A DNA stretch of 64,000 nucleotides from Anaerolineae bacterium (GTDB lineage: Bacteria; Chloroflexota; Anaerolineae; JAAEKA01). The position numbers and the translations under genes are program-made. The DNA is taken from contig JAULUH010000280.1 of assembly GCA_032111745.1 (NCBI GenBank), forward strand, positions 23,349 to 87,348, in the 5' to 3' direction. The notes below the pieces were generated by a model. The model worked only from the letters and a program-made list of their open reading frames with translations. It did not search any database and was not told the origin of the DNA. Positions 48,899-57,047 of the stretch are shown in pieces; the stretch's first letter is position 1, and every line of letters starts with the position of its first letter.

Positions 48899-50299
48899 TC
48901 AGTGGTAGGCGGGTAGCCAGGCGCCATGAGCATCGATCAGGTCATCCACCAGGTGCCAAATCTGGTCCAGGTCGAGCTCGGCCGCTGCATGCGGGTCGAG
49001 CATGGCCGCATGGTAGATAGCATCGCGGCGGCCGGTCAGGGCGGCTTCAACGGTCAGGGCCTGGACGTTGATGTTGGTTTGCATCAGGGCCGCCAGGTGT
49101 ACGGGCAGGCTGCCGACGCGCGTCGGCTGGACCCCGTTTCCATCCACCAGGCAGGGCACTTCGACGCAGCAATTCGGCGGCAGATTGTCGATCAGCCCTG
49201 CGTTGGGCACGTTGGCGTAGACCACCCGCGGCTGGCCCGTCTCCGCCGAATGGATGATCAGCGAGCCGTACTCATGGCTGCGCCGGACATCATGCAGCGT
49301 GCGGAGGTCATTCACGGTCCACTCCACGGAGCGGGGCATGACCTGGATGTCGTCCAGCGCCTGGCGAAGCTCCTGCACCGTGGCCTCGCCTGGTGGACCA
49401 TCGGCGGCCAGCAGGCCCCTGTCCTGGACAAAGGCCCAGGCCCGCACCGAAACCTCGCACCGTCCCAGGTACTCGTCAAGGGGAATGTTGTAGCGCTCGA
49501 CCAGGTCAAGCCGGTCCCGCTTGATGAACCAGGGCACATACTCGCTGAAGTGTTCGCTGGACTCGGTGACGAAATAGCCGAGGCGGCGCAGCATATCGTA
49601 GCGGACCCGGTTCCAGGGCGGCACGCGACCCTCGTCGATAACCTGGTACAGGCGGGGATAGAGGTTTTCGCCATTGCGCTCGAAGCGCAGGTAGAAGGCC
49701 ATGTGGTTGATGCCCGCGGCCAGGTAGGTGATCTCCTCGTAGGGGATGCCGATATCGTGAGCCAGTTCCTTGGCAGTGCCCTGCACGCTATGGCAGAGGC
49801 CAATAGTTCGGATGGGGCTGGCACGGTTAAGGGCCCATACGTTCATGGCCATAGGGTTGGCATAGTTCAGGTGCAGGACGTTGGGACAGAGCGCCTCCAT
49901 GTCCCGCACCATGTCCAGGAGCACCGGAATGGTGCGCAGCCCGCGCATGATGCCGCCGATGCCCAAGGTGTCGCCGATGGTCTGGCGCAGGCCATAGCGC
50001 TTGGGTATCTCGAAGTCGACCATCGTGGCCGGGCGATAGCCGCCCACCTGGATCATATTGATGGCGTAGTCAGCGCCATCCAGGGCCACGCGGCGATCGA
50101 GACTGGCTTCGATGGTGGGATGCGCGCCCAGTGCACTGGTAATCTGGCGGCATACCTGCTCAGAAAAACGGAGACGATGCTCGTCGACGTCGTGCAGGGC
50201 GATGGTGGCACCGGCAAGCTCGGGAAAGCTGAGGATGTCGCCCAGCAGGTTTTTGGCGAAGACGGTGCTGCCGGCACCGATAAACGCGATCTTGGGCAT
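48899..50299 (-). CDS. melA: alpha-galactosidase, glycoside hydrolase family 4
   Basis: From ATG 50299 the protein MPKIAFIGAGSTVFAKNLLGD...GLCHSVQGTA...GINHMAFYL...YFVTESSEHFSEYVPWFIK...LAALMQTNINVQ is collinear with E. coli MelA. The 204 upstream codons of the track ORF are spurious. Confidence 0.9.
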   Translation of the reverse strand: MPKIAFIGAGSTVFAKNLLGDILSFPELAGATIALHDVDEHRLRFSEQVCRQITSALGAHPTIEASLDRRVALDGADYAINMIQVGGYRPATMVDFEIPKRYGLRQTIGDTLGIGGIMRGLRTIPVLLDMVRDMEALCPNVLHLNYANPMAMNVWALNRASPIRTIGLCHSVQGTAKELAHDIGIPYEEITYLAAGINHMAFYLRFERNGENLYPRLYQVIDEGRVPPWNRVRYDMLRRLGYFVTESSEHFSEYVPWFIKRDRLDLVERYNIPLDEYLGRCEVSVRAWAFVQDRGLLAADGPPGEATVQELRQALDDIQVMPRSVEWTVNDLRTLHDVRRSHEYGSLIIHSAETGQPRVVYANVPNAGLIDNLPPNCCVEVPCLVDGNGVQPTRVGSLPVHLAALMQTNINVQALTVEAALTGRRDAIYHAAMLDPHAAAELDLDQIWHLVDDLIDAHGAWLPAYH

Positions 50300-50569
50300 A
50301 AGCCAGGCCTTTCTGGAGTCTGCGGAGTAATCAGTTTCGGCACACATTATAACCGCGTCCGGTCCAACACACGAAGTCACCGCCTTGTTATGGCCCCCGG
50401 AGAATTCACAGAACGACCCACTTGAGGTATGATGCATCCGCTGTGCGGGCAGGTGGGTGGTGTCTCCGGAAGCCATCTTCAGTGTGGGAAAGAGGGTTAG
50501 GGTGTTGACTACGGGCTTTGGGCGTGACAGATTCCGGATCAATCGAATCGCAGGTGGACAGAGCAATAG

Positions 50570-50896
50570 ATGATAGAGAAGACTTACTTGAAGGTCAAGG
50601 GTAAGCAAATGGCTCGGGTGACCTTTTCGTTGCCAGAGACCATTTGGTCCGCGGCGATCTACCTGGTGGGGGATTTTAACAACTGGAACCGCACCTCTCA
50701 CCCGCTGCGGCAGGACAGCGAGGGCCGCTGGACCATTACGGTGGACCTGGCGCCCGGTCATGCCTACCAGTTTCGCTACCTGGTCGACGACGAATGGATG
50801 AATGACAACCAGGCCGATGCCTACGTCACCAACCAGTATGGCACTCACAATTTCATCGTTGTGACCGACCCAAACTACGTCAAGTATGCGGGGTGA
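50570..50896 (+). CDS. CBM48/AMPK-beta glycogen-binding-domain-like small protein
   Basis: VTFSLPE...IYLVGDFNNWNRTSHPLRQDSEGRWTITVDLAPGHAYQFRYLVDDEWMNDNQA. Start uncertain (ATG 50570 or 50609). Confidence 0.7.
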   Translation: MIEKTYLKVKGKQMARVTFSLPETIWSAAIYLVGDFNNWNRTSHPLRQDSEGRWTITVDLAPGHAYQFRYLVDDEWMNDNQADAYVTNQYGTHNFIVVTDPNYVKYAG

Positions 50897-53136
50897 GCCA
50901 GATCTCCGCACTGAGGCAGGCCACCTTGGGAACCCTCAATCCCGACATCCCCGCTCCCGATTTTACCCAGGCTTTGAACGACGCGGCCCGTAGCATGCCG
51001 GTCTACGGCAAACGCGTGATGACGCCGGAGTTGGTGTTGCTGGCTTTCGTGCGCGGCCAGGACTATCCGGCCCGGCAGCTACTGGCTCAGTTCGGCCAGG
51101 AACGAGGGTTCAGCCTGTCCGATTTTGAACGCACCGTGGAATCCATGGCCAAAGCTCGTGATGGCCGCAGTGCGGACTTCAATTTCATGGCCGCCGATGG
51201 CAAGTCCGTGCCCCTGTCGGACGAGATGCTGGTGGTGCTGGACGAGGGACGCGCCATTGCCCAGTCGGTGGACGAGATCTACGTCGGCACGACCCACGCG
51301 CTGGGCGCTATGTCCCAAAAAGGCGTCAGCACCTCCGGCCTGCTGCAGCGCCACGGCATCACCCCCACCGCCATGACCGATAGGCTGGTGGATCAGGCCC
51401 TGGCCAAGCGGTTAACCACGCTCGACCTGGTGGCCGAGGCCCGCGAGGGCAGCGCTCAGCCAGTCTACTATCGCGAGGGCTTGCTGCGGGAGCTGCTCAA
51501 TCTCCTCTCCCTGGCCAGCGACCGCCATGTGATCCTGGTAGGGCCTGCGGGCGTGGGCAAACGCTCCCTGGTATACAGCCTGGCTCTGCTCATCGCCGAA
51601 GGCCAGGGACCGGCCCAGCCCCAGGACCTGGAACGGGTAGTGCAGGTCGGCGAGACAGCCTTGCTGGACGACCCGGCCAAGGCCTTACAGGCGGGGCTGC
51701 GCCAGGCCCAGGGTGGGCTGCTTTTCCTGCCCAACATCCATCGCTTCTTCGGCGGCCTGGGGCGGGCCGAGTTCCCCAAGGCCACTAAGGATCTCCAGAA
51801 GGCGCTTCTCAGCGGCACTGCCGTGGTCGTCGGCACCACCACGGAAACGGATTTCAATGAGCGCATGGCCGGAGATGCGGCGGTGGCCGAACTTGCACAC
51901 CTGCTGCGGGTACCCGAGCCCGATGAGCGGGAGACGGTGGCCATCCTGGCCGTGCACAAGGCTCGCCTGGAGGCAGATTATGGTCTGGCCATCGCCGACA
52001 GCAGCCTCAAGGCCGCGGCCAGCCTGGCCCGGCGCTATCTGACGGCTACACCCCTGCCTGCGTCCGCCGTACAGCTCCTGCACCGTGCCTGCGCCCTGGT
52101 GCGCATGGGCCAGCAGACCCACTTGGCCTTCCGGCCGGATACCGACGGCACGCAGGTCGACGATGACGACGTAACCCTGGCTGCCAGCCTGATGACTGGC
52201 ATCCCCGCCAGCAAGCTGAGCAGCGATGAGCGCTCGCGCTATGCCGGCATGGTGGAGCACCTGCACCGGCGCATCGTGGGCCAGGATGAGGCGGTGCTGG
52301 CGGTGAGCCGGGCCGTCAAGACAGCCAGGGTCGGCCTCAAGGACCCCAAACGTCCCGTCGGCTCCTTCCTGTTCCTGGGCCCTACAGGCGTGGGCAAGAC
52401 GGAGCTGGCGCGGGCCCTCGCCGACTTCCTCTTCGACGACGAGGAGGCCATGGTCGCGCTGGATATGAGCGAGTACCAACAGGACCATACGATCAACCGG
52501 CTTATCGGCGCTCCGCCTGGGTACGTGGGCTACGAGGGGGGCGGGCAGCTCACCGAGCGGGTCCGGGTCCGGCCCTACACCGTGGTGCTGTTCGACGAGG
52601 TGGAAAAGGCCCATCCCCGCGTGCTGGACGTGCTGCTGCAGATCATGGAGGAGGGTCGCCTCACCGACGGCCAGGGACGTACGGTGACCTTTGCCGAGAC
52701 CGTCATCATCCTCACCAGCAACCTGGGCGCCGAGTACCTGGAGACCACGGAGCTCAGCGAGGCCAGGCGTGAGCTGGTGATGGAAAAGGTGAAGCAGTTC
52801 TTCCGGCCCGAATTTCTCAACCGCCTGGACGAGATTGTGCTCTTCCTGCCCCTGACCGGGGACCAGTTGCGAGATATCCTGGACTTAATGCTGGGAAAAG
52901 AAAACCAGTTGTTGGAGCCCAGGGGTCTGCGCCTGGAGGTGACGGAGGCCGCCCGCGCCTGGCTGCTGGCCCAGAACGATCACCCGGAGTGGGGGGCCCG
53001 GCCTCTGCGCCGCATCATCCGCCGCTACGTGCGGGAGCCCCTGGCAGACTACCTGCTGGCCCAGGCTCCGCCAGTTGGCACGGTGGTGACCCTTGACGTC
53101 GGGCCGGATGGCCTGAGCCTGAGCACCTCCCCATGA
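50893..53136 (+). CDS. Clp/Hsp100-family AAA+ protein with a degenerate first ATPase module and no evident M-domain
   Basis: Clp_N-like repeats at the N-terminus. D1 reads GPAGVGKRS and LLFLPNIHRFF. D2 is canonical: GPTGVGKTE, VVLFDEVEKAH, GAPPGYVGY and ARPLRR. GTG start overlapping the upstream stop. Confidence 0.85.
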   Translation: MSQISALRQATLGTLNPDIPAPDFTQALNDAARSMPVYGKRVMTPELVLLAFVRGQDYPARQLLAQFGQERGFSLSDFERTVESMAKARDGRSADFNFMAADGKSVPLSDEMLVVLDEGRAIAQSVDEIYVGTTHALGAMSQKGVSTSGLLQRHGITPTAMTDRLVDQALAKRLTTLDLVAEAREGSAQPVYYREGLLRELLNLLSLASDRHVILVGPAGVGKRSLVYSLALLIAEGQGPAQPQDLERVVQVGETALLDDPAKALQAGLRQAQGGLLFLPNIHRFFGGLGRAEFPKATKDLQKALLSGTAVVVGTTTETDFNERMAGDAAVAELAHLLRVPEPDERETVAILAVHKARLEADYGLAIADSSLKAAASLARRYLTATPLPASAVQLLHRACALVRMGQQTHLAFRPDTDGTQVDDDDVTLAASLMTGIPASKLSSDERSRYAGMVEHLHRRIVGQDEAVLAVSRAVKTARVGLKDPKRPVGSFLFLGPTGVGKTELARALADFLFDDEEAMVALDMSEYQQDHTINRLIGAPPGYVGYEGGGQLTERVRVRPYTVVLFDEVEKAHPRVLDVLLQIMEEGRLTDGQGRTVTFAETVIILTSNLGAEYLETTELSEARRELVMEKVKQFFRPEFLNRLDEIVLFLPLTGDQLRDILDLMLGKENQLLEPRGLRLEVTEAARAWLLAQNDHPEWGARPLRRIIRRYVREPLADYLLAQAPPVGTVVTLDVGPDGLSLSTSP

Positions 53137-54380
53137 GATTGCCTGTGGCCCTCAACCGCACCGGCGCCACCTTTCACCAGACTTTCGCCGCCCTGGACTC
53201 TCCCAATTACCGCTTGTGGTTCGGGGGGCAACTGGTCTCCCTGGCCGGCACCTGGATGCAGACCACGGCCCAGGGCTACCTGGTGTATGAACTGACCAGG
53301 TCCCCGGTCTTCCTGGGCTACGTGGGCTTTGCGGCCGGGCTGCCCTCATGGGTATTCACCCTCTATGCCGGGGTGATCGCCGATCGCGTGTCGCGGCGCA
53401 ACCTTCTGATCGTGACCCAGGTCGCCATGATGGTCCTGGCCTTTGTGCTGGCCGGGCTGGTGTTTGCCGGCCTCGTGCAGCCCTGGCACATCGTCGTCCT
53501 GGCGCTGTTGTTGGGGATCGCCAACGCCTTCGACGCGCCAGCACGGCAGGCCTTCGTGGTCGAGCTGGTGGACCGCAAGAACCTCACCAACGCCATCGCC
53601 CTCAACTCCACCATGTTCAACGCGGCCACTGTGGTCGGTCCAGCGCTGGCCGGCGTGGTGTATGCCGTGCTGGGGCCAGCCTGGTGCTTCACCATTAACG
53701 CACTCTCGTTCCTGGCCGTGATCTTGGCCTTACTGCTCATGGATCTGCCCCGGGCTCAGCGCAAAGCCCAGAGCACGACCACGACTGCTGACCTGCGAGA
53801 GGGCCTGCGCTACACCGCGTCCCAGCCAGTGATCCGCACCCTGGTGCTCAACGTCGGCGTGATCAGCCTGTTCGGCATCAGCCTGATGACCCTGCTGCCG
53901 GCCTGGTCCGTGGACGTGCTGGGCGGAGATGTCCGCACCAACGCTCTGCTGGTCTCCGCACGCGGCCTGGGTGCCCTGGCCGGCGCCCTGATGATCGCGT
54001 CTCTCGGTGATCGCGGCGTGCGCGGCAAGATGTGGACCATCGGCGGTATGCTGCTCCCTGTGGCCATGGTCCTGTTTGCCCTCGTCCGCGTGATACCGCT
54101 GTCCGTGGCCACCCTGGTCATCGTCGGCTGGAGCTTCATGGTGTCAGTCAACACGTCCAACGCGCTGGTGCAAACCAGCATTCCCGACGAGCTGCGCGGT
54201 CGCGTGATGGGGATCTATGTGCTGGTGTTCTTCGGTGCCTTTCCCCTGGGCTCGCTGTGGGTCGGCCAGATGGCCCACTGGCTGGGCGCCCCGGCCACGC
54301 TCATGATCAACGCCGCAGTACTGGCCGCGGTGGCCGCCGTCATATGGGCGCGCCTCCCCCACATGCGCCGGCTGGCCTAG
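53133..54380 (+). CDS. MFS transporter
   Basis: 415 aa with about 12 hydrophobic segments and an N-terminus FRLWFGGQLVSLAGTWMQ typical of the enterobactin-exporter-like MFS subgroup. ATGA overlap with the upstream gene. Confidence 0.85.
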   Translation: MRLPVALNRTGATFHQTFAALDSPNYRLWFGGQLVSLAGTWMQTTAQGYLVYELTRSPVFLGYVGFAAGLPSWVFTLYAGVIADRVSRRNLLIVTQVAMMVLAFVLAGLVFAGLVQPWHIVVLALLLGIANAFDAPARQAFVVELVDRKNLTNAIALNSTMFNAATVVGPALAGVVYAVLGPAWCFTINALSFLAVILALLLMDLPRAQRKAQSTTTTADLREGLRYTASQPVIRTLVLNVGVISLFGISLMTLLPAWSVDVLGGDVRTNALLVSARGLGALAGALMIASLGDRGVRGKMWTIGGMLLPVAMVLFALVRVIPLSVATLVIVGWSFMVSVNTSNALVQTSIPDELRGRVMGIYVLVFFGAFPLGSLWVGQMAHWLGAPATLMINAAVLAAVAAVIWARLPHMRRLA

Positions 54381-55834
54381 GCCCGGGCAAAGCGATCGAA
54401 CAGCCGGCCGGCCCACCGTATCCCGGCGAAAAAGTCGGCGACCCTCACGCTTTCGTCCGGCGCGTGGGCCCGGCTGCCATACCAGCCAACCCCTGCCGAT
54501 GCCACGTCGATCCCGTAGGCCTGGCAGAGCTCATACATCGGCCCGCTGCCACCCGACGTCGGGTAGATCACCGGGGGCCTGGCGTGCACTTCCTCGAGCG
54601 CGGCGGACACCGCCCGGACAATAGCAGCATTGGGAGCGGTGCGTGCGGGCATCAGGCCATCCTCCAGTACTCGCACCTCGACGTCGTCGAAGCCCCGGCG
54701 GGATAGGTGGCCGCGTAACAGGTCCAGCACCAGGTCAGGGGTCAGGTCGGGCACCAGCCGGAAGTCCAGCTTGGCCATGGCCTGGGCCGGAATCACCGTT
54801 TTGGAGCCGGGGCCGGTGTACCCTCCCAGCAGGCCATTGATAGTCAGGGCCGGCTCGAACAACAGTCGCTGCAGGGCGCGGCCGGTGGACATCCCACCCA
54901 GGAAGCCGTTGCCGACTCCGTAGGTCTGCAGCAGAGTCTCGCCATCCCATGGCAGGCCCTGGGCCAGCACCAGCTCCTCGGGGCTGGGCAGTCGCACGTG
55001 GTCCTGCAGGCCATCGACAGTGACCGTGCCATCCGCACTGCGTAAGGTGTTGAGGGCCTCCACCAGCCGCCAGGCCGCATTAGGCATGAGGCCGCCGTTG
55101 CCGGAATGGGCGTCGGTGCTGGCCGTGCGTACCCACAGGTCCACGGCCAGGATGCCCTTGACGCCAAGGTTGACCACCGGCCGGTACTCGGCATCTGTGT
55201 AGCCATACTCCCACAGGCACCCGTCTATCTGGCGCAACGTTTCCTCGTTGGCTCGGGCAAAACTGGCCAGGTGGAGGCTGCCTACCTCCTCCTCTCCCTC
55301 GATGACGTGGAACAGCTCAACCGGCAAAGGGCCGATGGTCTCCTGATAAGCTCGAATAGCCCACAGCCGGGCCACCAGATCACCCTTGTTGTCGGAGGAC
55401 CCGCGGGCAAAGAGCTTGCCATCCCGCAGCTCAGGCTGGAAGGGCGGCGACGTCCACTCCTCCAGAGGCTCCGGCGGTTGCACGTCATAATGGTTATACA
55501 TCATCAGTCGCCGCAGGCCGGTGCCGGCGCGACCAACCACGATGGCTGGCCCTCCATCTTGGGGCACGACCTCCGTCGCCACTCCCGCTCCGGCACACAG
55601 GTCGAGCACCAGGTCGCGGGCCTCGGCCATGGCCGGTCCATTCTCGACCGACGTGCTGGGGATGCGGCAAAGCTCGATCAGTTGGGCCAGGATCCGATCC
55701 TGGTGTTGTTCTACGTAATGGTCAAAGGCCTGGAAGTTCACAGCGCAGAATCCCTCTCTAGCTTGTGCGGTGGCCGGGGCTGTGGCATACTCCGGCGGCA
55801 CATACCAGTGTAGCCAGCCGGCTGGCTTAGTCAA
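54377..55834 (-). CDS. M20-family metallopeptidase (dipeptidase-like)
   Basis: MYNHYDVQPPEPLEEWTSPPF...ARGSSDNKGDL and EGEEEVGS. The start is uncertain; GTG 55741 gives a more typical N-terminus. Confidence 0.85.
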   Translation of the reverse strand: MTKPAGWLHWYVPPEYATAPATAQAREGFCAVNFQAFDHYVEQHQDRILAQLIELCRIPSTSVENGPAMAEARDLVLDLCAGAGVATEVVPQDGGPAIVVGRAGTGLRRLMMYNHYDVQPPEPLEEWTSPPFQPELRDGKLFARGSSDNKGDLVARLWAIRAYQETIGPLPVELFHVIEGEEEVGSLHLASFARANEETLRQIDGCLWEYGYTDAEYRPVVNLGVKGILAVDLWVRTASTDAHSGNGGLMPNAAWRLVEALNTLRSADGTVTVDGLQDHVRLPSPEELVLAQGLPWDGETLLQTYGVGNGFLGGMSTGRALQRLLFEPALTINGLLGGYTGPGSKTVIPAQAMAKLDFRLVPDLTPDLVLDLLRGHLSRRGFDDVEVRVLEDGLMPARTAPNAAIVRAVSAALEEVHARPPVIYPTSGGSGPMYELCQAYGIDVASAGVGWYGSRAHAPDESVRVADFFAGIRWAGRLFDRFARA

Positions 55835-55862
55835 TTCTGCACCCCCGTCGAGACGATAAGCT

Positions 55863-57032
55863 ATGAACGATTACCCCGTGACCGAGATCCTCGCCTACCT
55901 GTCCGGCCAGCAGGAGTCCATGGTGGCCCTGCTGCGCCAGCTGGTGCTGGCCGAATCGCCCTCGCTGGAGCCCGCGGCCCAGCAGCCGGTTATGGACCTG
56001 TTGGGCGAGCGGCTGGCCGCGGCCGGCCTGGCTGTGCGCCGCCTGCCCGGGCGTAGCAGCGGCGGCATGCTCTATGCCCGCCCGCAGCAGCGCCAGCGCG
56101 GCGCCGCGGCCCAGGCCATGATCGGCCACACTGACACGGTGTGGGCGGCAGGCACGCTGGCCGAGATGCCCCTGACCATGGAGGACAACCGCATAACCGG
56201 GCCGGGCATTTACGACATGAAGGCCGGCCTGGTGCAGGCGGTTTTTGCCCTGCAGGCCCTGCACGCTCTGGGCCTGGAGCCGCCGGTTACCCCGGTGGTG
56301 CTCTTCAACTCCGACGAGGAGATCGGCAGCCCGGACTCCCGGCGCATCATCAGCCTGTTAGCCCGCGCCGTGGAGCGGGTCTTTGTGCTGGAGCCGGCCC
56401 TCGGGCTCGCCGGACACCTGAAAACGGCCCGCAAAGGGGTATTGCGCTTCGACGTCTTCGTGGAGGGGCGGGCGGCCCATGCCGGGCTGGCCCCGGAGCA
56501 GGGCGCCAGCGCCATCGTGGAGCTGGCCCACGTTATCCTTAAACTGGCGGCCCTGAATGACCTTCCTAACGGTATCTCGGTAAACGTGGGGCAGATTGAG
56601 GGTGGGACCCGGCGCAACGTGGTCGCGCCGGGCGCCGTGGCCCGGGTCGACGTGCGCGTGCCCACCCTGGCCGATGGCGAGCGCATCGCCCGGGCCATCC
56701 TCGGCCTGCAGCCGGAAACGCCCGGCACGCGCATCGCCGTCGAGATGGAGAAAGCCACCCCACCGCTGGAGCGTACCCCGCACAATCGGCGCCTGTGGGA
56801 GCTGGCGCGGGGCCAGGGCAGCCTGCTGGGCCTGGACCTCGAGGAGGGCATGGCCGGCGGCGCCTCGGACGGCAACACCACCAGCCAGTTTACCGCAACC
56901 CTGGACGGGCTGGGACCGATCGGGGATGGGGCGCATGCCCGTCACGAGTATGTCCTCCTCGACCGGTTGGTGGAGCGCACGGCGCTACTCGCCCTCCTCC
57001 TGCTGCTGCCGCCTCTCGAAGACAACGGTTAG
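55863..57032 (+). CDS. M20-family metallopeptidase (carboxypeptidase G2-like)
   Basis: MIGHTDTVW, DMKAGL, NSDEEIGSP. Confidence 0.85.
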   Translation: MNDYPVTEILAYLSGQQESMVALLRQLVLAESPSLEPAAQQPVMDLLGERLAAAGLAVRRLPGRSSGGMLYARPQQRQRGAAAQAMIGHTDTVWAAGTLAEMPLTMEDNRITGPGIYDMKAGLVQAVFALQALHALGLEPPVTPVVLFNSDEEIGSPDSRRIISLLARAVERVFVLEPALGLAGHLKTARKGVLRFDVFVEGRAAHAGLAPEQGASAIVELAHVILKLAALNDLPNGISVNVGQIEGGTRRNVVAPGAVARVDVRVPTLADGERIARAILGLQPETPGTRIAVEMEKATPPLERTPHNRRLWELARGQGSLLGLDLEEGMAGGASDGNTTSQFTATLDGLGPIGDGAHARHEYVLLDRLVERTALLALLLLLPPLEDNG

Positions 57033-57047
57033 GCGTTGCCGGCCTGC

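Noticed and set aside
50300-50911. A 204-codon N-terminal extension of the melA ORF in the track (48899-50911), overlapping the CBM48-like gene on the other strand.
   Set aside because: Collinearity with E. coli MelA begins at MPKIAFIGAGS (ATG 50299). The extension crosses a divergent promoter region and has no homology signal.
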